The notes under the pieces: model-generated
Told to the model about the DNA's origin: nothing
Databases searched by the model: none
The model's input: only the letters and a program-made list of their open reading frames with translations
DNA from: Oricola sp.
GTDB lineage: Bacteria; Pseudomonadota; Alphaproteobacteria; Rhizobiales; Rhizobiaceae
DNA: 64,000 nucleotides
NCBI RefSeq assembly: GCF_022763245.1
Contig: NZ_JALEGV010000041.1
Location: forward strand, 355,223-419,222
Direction of reading: 5' to 3'
In this document: piece after piece, positions 30,169 through 39,988 of the stretch
Numbering within the stretch: the first letter of the stretch is position 1
Layout of the letters: the number at the start of each line of letters is the position of its first letter
Position numbers and translations under genes: made by a program

Positions 30169-30546
30169 ATGACGCGAATCACACCCTTTGTGCTGACGGC
30201 CGATCTTGAGCGGTCGTTGCGCTTCTTTCAGGGTGTTCTGGGGTTCGAAACGGGTTTTCGCGCCGAGAACTACGCCTTCATCCGTCGCGACGACGTGGCT
30301 GTGCGGGTGATCGAGGTTGGTCCCGAGATCGACCTCGGCGATGAGCGCCGCCAGAATTCCTGTTACATCGACGTGGAGGGCATCGATGCGCTCTATGCCG
30401 AATTGAAGTCCGGGCTCGACACCTTGCCGCCGGGCCGCGTCCGCCCGCCATTCGACCAGGACTACGGCCAGCGCGAGTTTCATGTCATCGATGAGGATGC
30501 TCTGCTGATCTTCTTCGGCGAACCGATCAGCTTGCCGCGCGGCTGA
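30169..30546 (+). CDS. VOC-family (glyoxalase/bleomycin-resistance fold) protein
   Basis: Internal ATG at 30169 (MTRITPFVLTADLERSLRFFQGVLGFE...), a typical VOC beta-alpha-beta-beta-beta start. Confidence 0.7.
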   Translation: MTRITPFVLTADLERSLRFFQGVLGFETGFRAENYAFIRRDDVAVRVIEVGPEIDLGDERRQNSCYIDVEGIDALYAELKSGLDTLPPGRVRPPFDQDYGQREFHVIDEDALLIFFGEPISLPRG

Positions 30547-30951
30547 GGCGGCGGGCGGTCTCGCCCGTCCCGTCCGTTTGACTGCTCAGGCGAAAGCCAG
30601 TGTCCGGTTCTGCGCCTTGCAGCGGGACGCGCCATGCAGCATGTGCGCGGCCCACATAAGCAACGCCTTGTGTAACGTGCGATCGTGGTAGGAAAAGGTG
30701 GCTTTGCGCGCCTCTCATTTTCGCCTTGTTTTCGTACCGGCTTCGCCGCGAAGGCGTGACTTATTTATCACTGTGATCGTTGAGTGAAAACTCAAGATGA
30801 TTTCGCGCTTGCCTCTGCGATAAGCGTCGCATATCCGAGCGCTCCCGGTCGAATTACTGTGGCTGACGTCAACGGTTGAAGCTTTCGTCTTCACCCGCAT
30901 GGGCTTGCTTTGCTCGCACCATGTACGGATGCGGTCGCGGTGGTCGGTATT

Positions 30952-31026
30952 GCGCATGTAGCTCAGGGGAAGAGCGCCGGACTAGCCGTCCGGGCGTCGC
31001 GGGTTCGATTCCTGCCATGTGCTCCA
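30952..31026 (+). tRNA. tRNA-like gene with alanine identity pair G3:U70 but a non-canonical anticodon loop CUAGCCG (reads as anticodon AGC)
   Basis: A perfect cloverleaf can be drawn: acceptor GCGCATG/CATGTGC, D-arm GCTC-AGGGGAA-GAGC, anticodon stem CCGGA/TCCGG, T-arm GCGGG-TTCGATT-CCTGC, U73, CCA. The loop has U33 but C37 and G38. Confidence 0.55.
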
Positions 31027-31099
31027 ACTGGATAGCTCAGGCGGATAGAGCGTCAGACTGCAAATCTGATTGTCCCGGGTTCGAATCCCGGTCCAGCTC
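31026..31099 (+). tRNA. tRNA-Cys (anticodon GCA), no encoded CCA
   Basis: D-arm GCTC-AGGCGGATA-GAGC, anticodon stem UCAGA/UCUGA with loop CUGCAAA, T-arm CCGGG-TTCGAAT-CCCGG. The acceptor has one A2·C71 mismatch. It starts on the last A of the preceding tRNA's CCA. Confidence 0.65.
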
Positions 31100-31426
31100 G
31101 CAAGAGCAGCACCCTCCATACGGTGTTTCAGTAACTGGCGGTCCGGGGATTGGTATGCGGAAGGGCGGAGCTCCGTCGGCCTGCGGGTCGTGCGTGGCGA
31201 TGTCCCGATGCCTTGGCCTGGTGCCGGCTGACGGTGACGGTCGGGTTGCGCTTGCGCCGCAACGCCTGCGTTTTCGAACGCGGCGGAGCCGCGCCTGCGC
31301 CGTCCGACCCGCTCCCGAAGGCCCGCGGCGCGTCATGCCCGGTCTCCGGATTGTCGTCCGGGAAAATGAAGGAAACGAAGAAGGAAAGGACTGTCGCGTG
31401 ACATAGCACGACGAAAGGAGTTTGAG

Positions 31427-32575
31427 ATGAAGAGCCTGATAGACATTATACTTGGTCGCAGGCGCGTCCTCGTCACCGAGACGGAGCGCGTGCTGTATTT
31501 TCGAAAAGGCGAGGTCCGGGACATCTTGGGCCCGGGCGAGCACGTCATCGCGGATGACGGAAAGCGATCCGAGATCGTGCCCTACAGCGTGACCCAGCCG
31601 GATTTCACGTCGATCTATGCCAAGGCTCTTCTCGACAAGCTGCCAGACGTCGCGGCCCGTCACCTGACGGTCTACGTCACCGGCAAGTCGGAAGTCGCCG
31701 TGGTCGAGCGCGACGGACGGATCCACGCCGTCATGATGCCGGATCAGCAGCTCGTTCTGTGGACGGATGCCGGTCCGTGGTCGGCGCGCATGGTGGACGT
31801 GTCAGAGGAACTCGCCGTCGACACCGGACTGCGGCAGCGGCTGGCCCGCTCCGCGGCTGCCGGAAAGGCGATCACCCTCCACGCGGTGGGTGAGGGCCAG
31901 GCCGGCCTGCTCTACGTCGATGGCGAGCTCGCCACGACGCTGAAGCCGGGCGTGCACGGCTACTGGAACATCGGACGGGCTGTCCAGGTGAAGATCGTCG
32001 ATCTGCGTCGCCAGTCGCTCGACATCACCGGGCAGGAGCTCCTGACCAAGGATCGCGTGACGATCCGCGTCAACATCGCGGCTGAATACCGGGTCGTCGA
32101 TCCGGTGAAGGCCGCGACCGAGGTCAAGGACTATGCCGACGCCCTGTATCGCGCTCTGCAATACGCCGTGCGGCGGACGCTGGGCGCGATGACGCTCGAC
32201 CGGATCCTTGCCGACAAGGCGTCCGTCGATGACGATGCCGCCGAAAGGGTCCGCACCGAGATGGCCGGAATCGGGATCGAGGTCTACGACATCACCCTGA
32301 AGGACGTGATCCTGCCGGGTGAGATGCGTGAGATCCTCAACATGGTCGTGGTCGCCGAGAAGGAGGCCGAGGCCAACGTGATCCGTCGCCGCGAAGAGAC
32401 GAACGCCACGCGTTCGCTGCTCAACACGGCGAAGGTCATGGCCGAAAACCCGGTCATGCTGCGCCTGAAGGAGCTCGAGGCCCTGGAGGCCATCGCCGGC
32501 AAGGTGGAGCGCCTGACGGTCCACAACGGTACGGCGGGTCTCATGAACGACCTCGTCGATCTGCGGCGCGAGTGA
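31427..32575 (+). CDS. SPFH/band-7 domain protein with an uncharacterised ~180-aa N-terminal domain and no TM helix
   Basis: The C-terminal half (QVKIVDLRRQSLDITGQELLTKDRVTIRVNIAAEYRVVDP...EAEANVIRRREETNA) is SPFH/stomatin-like. RBS AAAGGAG lies upstream of ATG 31427. Confidence 0.7.
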   Translation: MKSLIDIILGRRRVLVTETERVLYFRKGEVRDILGPGEHVIADDGKRSEIVPYSVTQPDFTSIYAKALLDKLPDVAARHLTVYVTGKSEVAVVERDGRIHAVMMPDQQLVLWTDAGPWSARMVDVSEELAVDTGLRQRLARSAAAGKAITLHAVGEGQAGLLYVDGELATTLKPGVHGYWNIGRAVQVKIVDLRRQSLDITGQELLTKDRVTIRVNIAAEYRVVDPVKAATEVKDYADALYRALQYAVRRTLGAMTLDRILADKASVDDDAAERVRTEMAGIGIEVYDITLKDVILPGEMREILNMVVVAEKEAEANVIRRREETNATRSLLNTAKVMAENPVMLRLKELEALEAIAGKVERLTVHNGTAGLMNDLVDLRRE

Positions 32576-32576
32576 A

Positions 32577-32608
32577 GCAAAAAATGAAGGCCGCCCTCCG
32601 GGGCGGCC
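32577..32608. terminator. convergent-gene intrinsic terminator (SPFH gene and glcB)
   Basis: A-run, then an 8-bp GC stem GGCCGCCC-TCCG-GGGCGGCC. On the minus strand it is followed by a TTTTTT run (glcB side). Confidence 0.5.
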
Positions 32609-32624
32609 TTCGCATGTCTGGCGG

Positions 32625-34787
32625 TCAGCCTCGGCTGGCCTTCAGTTCCAGCCGGCGCTTGTGCAGGATCGGCTCGGTGTAGCCCGACGGTTGTTCGCGG
32701 CCCTTCAGCACCAGGTCGAGCGCAGCCTGGAAGGCGATGGAGCGGTCGAAATGCGGCGCCATCGGGAAATAATGCGGATCGCCCGCATTCTGCCGGTCGA
32801 CGACTTCGGCCATCTTCTTCATCGTGTCGACGATCTGGTGTTCCAAGACGACGCCGTGGTCCAGCCAGTTGGCCATGTGCTGCGAGGAGATGCGCAGCGT
32901 GGCTCGGTCCTCCATCAGGCCGACATCGTTGATGTCCGGCACCTTGGAGCAGCCGACGCCCTGATCGACCCAGCGCACCACGTAACCCAGAATGCCCTGC
33001 GCGTTGTTGTCGAGTTCACGCTGGATGTCTTCGTCCGTCCAGTTCGGCCGCCGCGCCACCGGCACGGACAGGATGTCGTCGAGTTTCGCCCGGCCGCGCG
33101 ATTTCAGTTCGTCCTGCACCGCGGCGACATCGACCTTGTGATAATGCGTCGCGTGCAGCGTCGCGGCCGTCGGCGAGGGCACCCAGGCGGTGTTGGCGCC
33201 GGCCTTGGGGTGGCCGATCTTCTGTTCCAGCATGGCCTGCATCAGGTCGGGCATGGCCCACATGCCCTTGCCAATCTGCGCATGGCCGGACAGGCCGCAT
33301 TCCAACCCGATATCGACATTCCAGTTCTCGTAGGCCTGGATCCAGGCGGCCGCCTTCATGTCGCCCTTGCGGATCATCGGGCCGAGTTCCATCGAGGTGT
33401 GGATCTCGTCGCCGGTGCGGTCGAGGAAGCCCGTATTGATGAAGACGACGCGATCCTTGGCCGCGCGGATGCATTCCTTGAGGTTCACCGTGGTGCGGCG
33501 TTCCTCGTCCATAATGCCCATCTTGATCGTGTTGCGCGCCATGCCGAGCGCGTCCTCGACGCGGGAGAACAGCTCCACCGCGAAGGCAACTTCCTCCGGC
33601 CCGTGCATCTTCGGCTTGACGACATACATCGAGCCCTCGGTGGAATTGGCCCTGCGGCCCTCCGGCCCGATGTCGTGCAGCGCGATGAGGCCGGTCATCA
33701 TGGCGTCCATGATGCCTTCCGGCACCTCGTTGCCGTCGCGGTCATGGGCGGCCGGATTGGTCATCAGGTGGCCGACATTGCGCACCAGCATCAGCGAGCG
33801 GCCCTTCAGCGAGAAGGCCGTGCCGTCCGGCGCGACATAGTCGCGATCTGGATTCATCTTGCGGGTAATCGTGCGGTCGCCCTTCTGGAAGGTCTCCTTC
33901 AGGTCGCCCTTCATCAGGCCGAGCCAGTTGCGATAGACCAGCGTCTTGTCTTCCGCATCGACGGCGGCAACGGAATCCTCGCAATCCATGATCGTCGTCA
34001 GCGCCGATTCCAGCACCAGGTCGGCGACATTCGCGGGGTCGGTCTTGCCGATCGGGTGATGCGCGTTGATCACGATCTCGACATGCATGCCGTTCTTGGC
34101 CAGCAGGATTGCCTCGGGTGAGGCCGCGCTGCCGCGATAGCCGGCGAATTGCGCCGGGTCCTTCAGGCCGACCTTGGTGCTGTCGTCGGTCTGGACCTTG
34201 AGTTCGCCGCCCTCGACGGAAAAGCCGCGCGCGTCGTTCCAGTCGGTGACAAGCGGCGCGCTGTCGTTCAGGAAGCTGCGCGCCCAGGCGATGACGCGTG
34301 CGCCGCGTTCGGGATCGTAACCGCCGCCCTGCGGCAGGTCGCCCAGCGCGTCGGTGCCGTACAGCGCGTCGTAAAGCGAGCCCCAGCGGGCGTTGGCGGC
34401 GTTCAGCGCGAAGCGGGCATTCATGATCGGCACGACCAGCTGCGGTCCGGCGACCGCGGCGATCTCCGGATCGACATTCTCGGTCGTCACCGAAAAGGCC
34501 GCGCCTTCCGGCACCAGATAGCCGATCTCTTCGAGGAAGGCCTTGTACTCCGGCATCTCGTAGCCGGCCTCGCGGTGGTCGCGATACCAGGCGTCGAGCT
34601 TGGCCTGGAGTTCGTCGCGCTTGGCGAGGAGATCGCGGTTCTTCGGCGCGAGATCATGCACGATCGCCGCGAAGGCCGGCCAGAAAGCCTCCGGCTTCAC
34701 GCCGGTGCCGGGCATCGCCTCGCTGGTGATGAAGTCATGAAGGCCCTTGTCGATCGTCAGACCGTCAATCCTAACCGTCTCGGCCAT
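32625..34787 (-). CDS. glcB: malate synthase G
   Basis: ~720 aa with typical MSG motifs. Start at Met 34787 ([20 protein letters not shown]). Confidence 0.9.
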   Translation of the reverse strand: MAETVRIDGLTIDKGLHDFITSEAMPGTGVKPEAFWPAFAAIVHDLAPKNRDLLAKRDELQAKLDAWYRDHREAGYEMPEYKAFLEEIGYLVPEGAAFSVTTENVDPEIAAVAGPQLVVPIMNARFALNAANARWGSLYDALYGTDALGDLPQGGGYDPERGARVIAWARSFLNDSAPLVTDWNDARGFSVEGGELKVQTDDSTKVGLKDPAQFAGYRGSAASPEAILLAKNGMHVEIVINAHHPIGKTDPANVADLVLESALTTIMDCEDSVAAVDAEDKTLVYRNWLGLMKGDLKETFQKGDRTITRKMNPDRDYVAPDGTAFSLKGRSLMLVRNVGHLMTNPAAHDRDGNEVPEGIMDAMMTGLIALHDIGPEGRRANSTEGSMYVVKPKMHGPEEVAFAVELFSRVEDALGMARNTIKMGIMDEERRTTVNLKECIRAAKDRVVFINTGFLDRTGDEIHTSMELGPMIRKGDMKAAAWIQAYENWNVDIGLECGLSGHAQIGKGMWAMPDLMQAMLEQKIGHPKAGANTAWVPSPTAATLHATHYHKVDVAAVQDELKSRGRAKLDDILSVPVARRPNWTDEDIQRELDNNAQGILGYVVRWVDQGVGCSKVPDINDVGLMEDRATLRISSQHMANWLDHGVVLEHQIVDTMKKMAEVVDRQNAGDPHYFPMAPHFDRSIAFQAALDLVLKGREQPSGYTEPILHKRRLELKASRG

Positions 34788-34901
34788 GGTTTTCTCCGCT
34801 TTGTCCGTATGCGATCGGCAAAGCATGCGGGCCGTTTCCCTGTCAACTTGGCTGTAATGACTAGCTTTGTTTCCAGAATGGAAAAAATGGCCCGTATCGG
34901 G

Positions 34902-36905
34902 TTACGCAGCGGCCGTTGCGGGTCGCCCGCTGGCGATCGCCGTCACCGTCGCCGAGACGAATTGCGCGCGATCCTCGATCGTCGCTGTTCTTACGTCGCG
35001 GGTGACGCTCGCCGTCACTGCCCCCGCGCCGGCTTCATGCGCCTGGCGTTCGGCGGCACCGCGGCAGAGCGCCTCGGCGGCCGTAAGCGCCGCCTCGGCA
35101 TCGGTGAAAACCGTGCCTGCGTTGTCCGCCAGACCCGTGATCTCGAACCGGCCTTCAGTAGGTTGCACGATCTCGGCCGATACGCTGACGCGCACCTGTC
35201 CGACCACCGCGCCGACGGCATTGGCGACGTCGGCATGGTCCGGAATGAGGGTTTCGGTGGCGAGCAATGCGCCCGCTTCAGGGTAGCAGGCGGCCGCGCC
35301 GGCACCGAGACCGACAAGCGGCCGGTCGAGCGTCAACGACAAGCGCGCGATCCCGCCTTGCGCATCCATCGCGCGGCGAGCGAGTGGCGACGTGGCAAGC
35401 ACAGCCCCGTCGAGGCCGTCCTCGCACAGCGCCGTCTCCAGCACGCGCTCCGCGGACAGGCGGACGAGCCGATCGATGACGCGGCGGCTGATCGTCTCGG
35501 CGTCGGACGAAAGCGGGTTTCCTGCGCCGTCCTTGCGGCGCGCGAACAGCGCCGCTCCGAGCTCGGCGGCCCGGCGGTCCCAATGGGAAAATCGGCCCAA
35601 GACATGCTGCGCGTCGGAGGGAGTGAAGCCCGAGATCAGCACCAGCCCGCGCGCGGCCAGACGGTCGAGCGTCGCCACTAGCGCGGTTGCGGTGAGCAAC
35701 CGGTCGAGCGGCTGCGGTTTGTCAGTCAGGCGACTGAACAAGTCGCCCTCCATTCGAGAGAGACCGGCCGCGAGCGCGTCCGGCACGCCCGCCCGCAAGG
35801 CGAAGCGGCCTTCGTTGCGCGCCGGTGGGTTCGACCGCATTTGCCGTTCCAGCGTGTCCGTCACGGCTGGCCCGTACAGGTGCGATACAAGCGACAGCGG
35901 CACGAGGCGCCGAGGTCCAAGCGCCAGTTCGGGCGTCAGAGCAGATGCGCCGAGCTTCACCTCGCTGTCGCCGCCGAGCCCGAAGGTGCGCATCGCCACG
36001 GCATCAACCATGGTGCGGTGGCCGCCAACGGTTGCTCCCTGCGGGTCGATGCGCGGCCGCCCCCGGTCGAGGATCGCGATGTCGGTGGTGGTGCCGCCGA
36101 TGTCGGCGATGATGGCGTTGTCGATCCCGGCCAGGTGTCGCGCGCCGACAAGGCTTGCCGCCGGGCCGGAGAGAATGGTCTCGATCGGCCGGGCGCGCGC
36201 GAAATCGGCCGAAACGAGCGACCCGTCGCCGCGCACCACCATCAGCGGCGCTCTCACCCCGGCCTTTTCCATGCGGCCCGCGGCGGCGGTGATCAGCCGG
36301 TCGATCAGCGCGATCAGCCGCGCGTTCAAAACCGTCGTCAGCGCGCGGCGCGGCCCGTCGAGTTTGGCCGACAATTCATGGCTGGCGGTCACGGGCAGGC
36401 CGGTACGGGCGCGGATCAGGTCGCGAACGGTGATCTCGTGTTCGGGATTGCGCACCGCGAAATAGCCGGCCACGGCGGCGGCTGAAACACGGTCGGCGAG
36501 CGTCGGCATGGTCGCTTCGAGGGCGGTCAGGTCGAGTGGCCTCGCCCGGCCATGCGCGTCATGTCCGCCGGGCAGGACGATGACCGGATCGTCTCCGAGC
36601 GCCTGCTTCAGCCCCGCGCGGTCGAGATCGCTTTCCGCGAAGCCGATCATCACCAGCGCGATCCGGCCGCCCTGGCCCTCGACCAGCGCATTGGTGGCCA
36701 ATGTCGTCGAAATCGAGACGAGACCGATCCCGGCAGGCGCGACCCTGCTCGTCTCCAACACCTTGGCCATGGCTTCGCCGAGCCCGATCGCAAGGTCATG
36801 CCGCGTCGTCAGCGCCTTTGCCTTGGCGATCACGCCGCGCCGTTCGTCATGGATGACCGCGTCGGTATAGGTGCCGCCGGTGTCGATGCCGAGGGAAAGA
36901 GACAT
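34902..36905 (-). CDS. hydantoinase/oxoprolinase (HyuA-like) family protein
   Basis: N-terminal MSLSLGIDTGGTYTDAV (Hydant_A_N) plus a hydantoinase_A core. 667 aa with no adjacent HyuB-like partner. Starts 48 bp after the P450 stop. Confidence 0.7.
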   Translation of the reverse strand: MSLSLGIDTGGTYTDAVIHDERRGVIAKAKALTTRHDLAIGLGEAMAKVLETSRVAPAGIGLVSISTTLATNALVEGQGGRIALVMIGFAESDLDRAGLKQALGDDPVIVLPGGHDAHGRARPLDLTALEATMPTLADRVSAAAVAGYFAVRNPEHEITVRDLIRARTGLPVTASHELSAKLDGPRRALTTVLNARLIALIDRLITAAAGRMEKAGVRAPLMVVRGDGSLVSADFARARPIETILSGPAASLVGARHLAGIDNAIIADIGGTTTDIAILDRGRPRIDPQGATVGGHRTMVDAVAMRTFGLGGDSEVKLGASALTPELALGPRRLVPLSLVSHLYGPAVTDTLERQMRSNPPARNEGRFALRAGVPDALAAGLSRMEGDLFSRLTDKPQPLDRLLTATALVATLDRLAARGLVLISGFTPSDAQHVLGRFSHWDRRAAELGAALFARRKDGAGNPLSSDAETISRRVIDRLVRLSAERVLETALCEDGLDGAVLATSPLARRAMDAQGGIARLSLTLDRPLVGLGAGAAACYPEAGALLATETLIPDHADVANAVGAVVGQVRVSVSAEIVQPTEGRFEITGLADNAGTVFTDAEAALTAAEALCRGAAERQAHEAGAGAVTASVTRDVRTATIEDRAQFVSATVTAIASGRPATAAA

Positions 36906-36952
36906 GGGGGAGATGCCTTTTGCGAATGCGCCGGCTTACGCGCGTCCTCGCG

Positions 36953-38377
36953 TTAGGGCAAGGCCTGGCGCCGCGCCACCCGCATCGGCAGGCCGTTCTG
37001 TGCCTGCACGGTCAGCTTCTGCACCGGCCACGGGTTCAGTTCCGGCGTCGGCTCGAAGCGGAATTCCTTGAGGATCAGCGCCAGCGCGATCACGGCTTCC
37101 TGCAGCGCGAAGGTCGCGCCGATGCAGATGCGCGGGCCGGCCCCGAAGGGCAGGTATTGGAAGCGGTCGATCCGATCGCGGTTTTCCGGCCAGAAGCGCG
37201 ACGGCATGAAGGCGTTCGGATTGTCCCAATAGAGCCGGTGGCGGTGCAGCACCCATGGCATGACCAGCGTGGTCGCGCCCTTCGGGATGTCGATGCGCGT
37301 GCCGTCCTTGAGCGTCACGGTGTCGTCTTCGACCGGTTCGCGGTTGATGGAAGGGGCCGGCGGATAGAGCCGCATCGCCTCCTCGAAGGCCGCGCGCGTC
37401 TTAGGCATGCGGTCCAGCCATTCAACCGGCGGCGGGTTGTCGGCCAGCACCGCGTCGATCTCGTCCTCCACCAGGGCGCGTTCCTGCGGCGCGTTGGCGA
37501 GCAGGTAGAGCGTCCAGCCGAGCGCGCGCGCCGTCGTTTCGTGGCCGGCACCGATGAAGGTGATGAGATTGTCCTCGATCTCGGCGGCCGACAGCCCGTC
37601 CGGCCCTTCTGCCTCAAGCAGCAGCGTGACGAAATCTTGCGGTGCGCCGGCCGGGTCTTCGCGCATCCGATCGCGGCGCGCGCTGATCGTGTCGCGCACG
37701 ATGCCGCGGAACTTCTCCAGGACATGCCGGCCGCGCAGGCGCTGGATGCGGGGCAGCCATTCCGGTGCCTTCAACAGGTCGAGCGGATCGACCCGGCCCA
37801 TGGTCGACAGAAGCCGCTCGACGTCCTCCGCGAAATCGGCGTCGTCGGCGGCGATGTCTCCGGAAAACAGCGTGTAGGCCAGCACTTCGTAGGTGAGCTC
37901 GGTCATGTCGATGCCGATGTCGCGCACAGTGCCCTCGCTGGCGCGAAACCGCTCCAGGAAGATCTCGACGCGGTCCCTCATCATCTCGGCGAAGCCGTGG
38001 ATGTGGCGCGGCGTGAAGACCGGGGCCATCGCCTTGCGCGAGCGCTTCCACACCTCGCCTTCCGCCGTCAGCAGCCCGTCACGCAGGATCGGCCGCAGGA
38101 TAAGCTGGCGCACCCGCGCCATGCGGTAGTTCTTCGCATTCTCGACGAGGATGTGGCGGATCAGTTCGGGGTGGTTGGCGATGACCACGTGATCGGCGAG
38201 GAACTTCACCGAAATGAAGGGCTGGGCGTAGGACGGCTCGCCCCAGATCTCGAGCGGGTTGCGCATCGAGGTGCGGATCAGCTCCAGCCGTGTCGGCGGC
38301 CGGTTGCGCGGCGTGGGATGCGGCGGAACGAAAGGTCGGGGCTGTGTGTCCATGATCGTCATCCTGCGGTTCTGCAA
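36953..38377 (-). CDS. cytochrome P450
   Basis: Heme-binding loop FGAGPRICIGATFA and EXXR (ETTARAL). 474 aa. Confidence 0.85.
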   Translation of the reverse strand: MQNRRMTIMDTQPRPFVPPHPTPRNRPPTRLELIRTSMRNPLEIWGEPSYAQPFISVKFLADHVVIANHPELIRHILVENAKNYRMARVRQLILRPILRDGLLTAEGEVWKRSRKAMAPVFTPRHIHGFAEMMRDRVEIFLERFRASEGTVRDIGIDMTELTYEVLAYTLFSGDIAADDADFAEDVERLLSTMGRVDPLDLLKAPEWLPRIQRLRGRHVLEKFRGIVRDTISARRDRMREDPAGAPQDFVTLLLEAEGPDGLSAAEIEDNLITFIGAGHETTARALGWTLYLLANAPQERALVEDEIDAVLADNPPPVEWLDRMPKTRAAFEEAMRLYPPAPSINREPVEDDTVTLKDGTRIDIPKGATTLVMPWVLHRHRLYWDNPNAFMPSRFWPENRDRIDRFQYLPFGAGPRICIGATFALQEAVIALALILKEFRFEPTPELNPWPVQKLTVQAQNGLPMRVARRQALP

Positions 38378-38461
38378 CCTGGGGCGGAAGCGCCAAGCGC
38401 CACGCCTGACACCAATATAGGCGCCAGGCGTGGCGGTTTCACGGATGACACGCAGGCGACG

Positions 38462-39985
38462 TCAGTCTCCTACGTCTTCCTCGCGCTTTTTCATGCGGAA
38501 CAGCCGGCCGAACAGGAGCGGCGCGACGAAGCCGAGGAGCGCGAAGGCCCACAGTCCCATGGCCAGGGGCGAGGCGACCAGCGCGGTCCAGTCGCCGTCG
38601 GAGATGGTCATCGCCCGGCGCAGGTTCTTTTCCATCTGGTCGCCGAGCATCACGCCGAGGATCACCGGCACCAGCGGCACGTCGAGCTTGCGCAGGAACC
38701 AGCCGATGACACCGAAGCCGATCATCACCAGGAGGTCGAAGCTCGAACCGGAAATGCCGTAGATGCCGACGAACGAGATCATCGCCACGGCGGGCATCAG
38801 GTATTTCGGCGGGATCAGCAGCACCCGCACGAAGATCGACACCATCGGGATGTTCATCAGAAGCAGCATCACGTTGCCGATGAACAGCGCCGCGATCAGG
38901 CCCCAGACGACGTCCGGGTTCTGCTGGAAGAGAAGCGGTCCTGGCGTGATGTTGAGCGCCAGAAGCATGGCGAGCAGCACGGCCGTCGTGCCGGAGCCGG
39001 GAACGCCGAGCGCCAGCATGGGCACGAGCGCGCCGCCGGCTGCCGCGTTGTTGCCGGCTTCGGGCGCTGCGACGCCGCGCGGATCGCCGGTGCCGAAGGT
39101 GCGGTCTCGGTCGGAGATCTTCTTTTCCAGCGAATAGGACAGGAAGGAGCCGAGCGAGGCGCCCGCGCCGGGCAGGACGCCGGCAACGAAGCCGATGATC
39201 GTGGAGCGCCCCATGGCGCCGGCCGTCTTCTTCAGCATGGATATGGGCGGGGTGACGCGCCCGATCTTCATCTTGGAGGAATCGGCGTCGGCGGCGCCGT
39301 GATGATGCTCCAGGAAGACGAAGACTTCCGACAGCGCGAACAGGCCGACGATGGCGACGAGGAAGTCGATGCCGTCATAGAGATGCACCTCGCCGAAGGA
39401 GAAGCGCGGCACGCCGGTCTGGCCGTCGACGCCGATGGTGGAGATGCCGAGGCCGAGGGCGGCGGCGAAGGCCGCCTTGGCCTGGTTGCGGCTGGCGATG
39501 CCGCCGAGCGTGGCGAAGGCCAGCGTGAACAGCGCGAAATATTCCGCCGGGCCGAACAGCAGCGCGACCTTGACGAGCTGCGGGGCGAGGAAGACCAGGC
39601 CCCAGGTAGCGAAGAAGGCGCCGACGAAGGAGGCGATGCCGGAGAGCGCCAGCGCTTCGCCGGCCTGGCCCTTCTTGGCCATCGGGTAGCCGTCCAACGT
39701 CGTCATCAGCGCCGGTTCGTCACCCGGGATGTTTAGCAGGATCGACGAAATGCGCCCGCCATACATGGCGCCGTAATAGACGCTCGTCAGCAGGATCAGC
39801 GCCGGCGTCGCGGGCAGGCCCAGCGTGAAGGCGAGCGGAATCAGGATGGCGACGCCGTTGGACGGCCCAAGGCCCGGCAGGGCGCCGATCACGGTGCCGA
39901 GGAAGCAGCCGAGCAGGGCGAGCAGCAGGTTCTGCAGGGTAATGGCGACGGAGAAGCCGTCAGCGAGTGAAGAAAGCACGTCCAT
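38462..39985 (-). CDS. tctA: tripartite tricarboxylate transporter permease
   Basis: ~500-aa multi-TM protein with GLGPSNGVAILIPL and the duplicated TctA repeats. Overlaps the tctB stop. Confidence 0.85.
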   Translation of the reverse strand: MDVLSSLADGFSVAITLQNLLLALLGCFLGTVIGALPGLGPSNGVAILIPLAFTLGLPATPALILLTSVYYGAMYGGRISSILLNIPGDEPALMTTLDGYPMAKKGQAGEALALSGIASFVGAFFATWGLVFLAPQLVKVALLFGPAEYFALFTLAFATLGGIASRNQAKAAFAAALGLGISTIGVDGQTGVPRFSFGEVHLYDGIDFLVAIVGLFALSEVFVFLEHHHGAADADSSKMKIGRVTPPISMLKKTAGAMGRSTIIGFVAGVLPGAGASLGSFLSYSLEKKISDRDRTFGTGDPRGVAAPEAGNNAAAGGALVPMLALGVPGSGTTAVLLAMLLALNITPGPLLFQQNPDVVWGLIAALFIGNVMLLLMNIPMVSIFVRVLLIPPKYLMPAVAMISFVGIYGISGSSFDLLVMIGFGVIGWFLRKLDVPLVPVILGVMLGDQMEKNLRRAMTISDGDWTALVASPLAMGLWAFALLGFVAPLLFGRLFRMKKREEDVGD

Positions 39986-39988
39986 CGA

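Noticed and set aside
30715-30957. An 80-aa minus-strand ORF in the lower-GC region upstream of the tRNA pair
   Set aside because: Low GC3, no recognisable motif, and it overlaps the probable tRNA promoter region. It is likely non-coding.
21681-31099. Possible genomic island bounded by tRNA-Ser and the tRNA-Ala-like/tRNA-Cys pair
   Set aside because: No integrase, transposase or phage genes, and no direct repeat of a tRNA 3' end beyond the generic GGTTCGAAT T-loop motif at ~21855. GC content and codon bias look uniform with the flanks. The gene content is ordinary metabolism and regulators (methyltransferase, GGDEF-EAL, GST, PfkB kinase, oxidoreductase, TetR, VOC).
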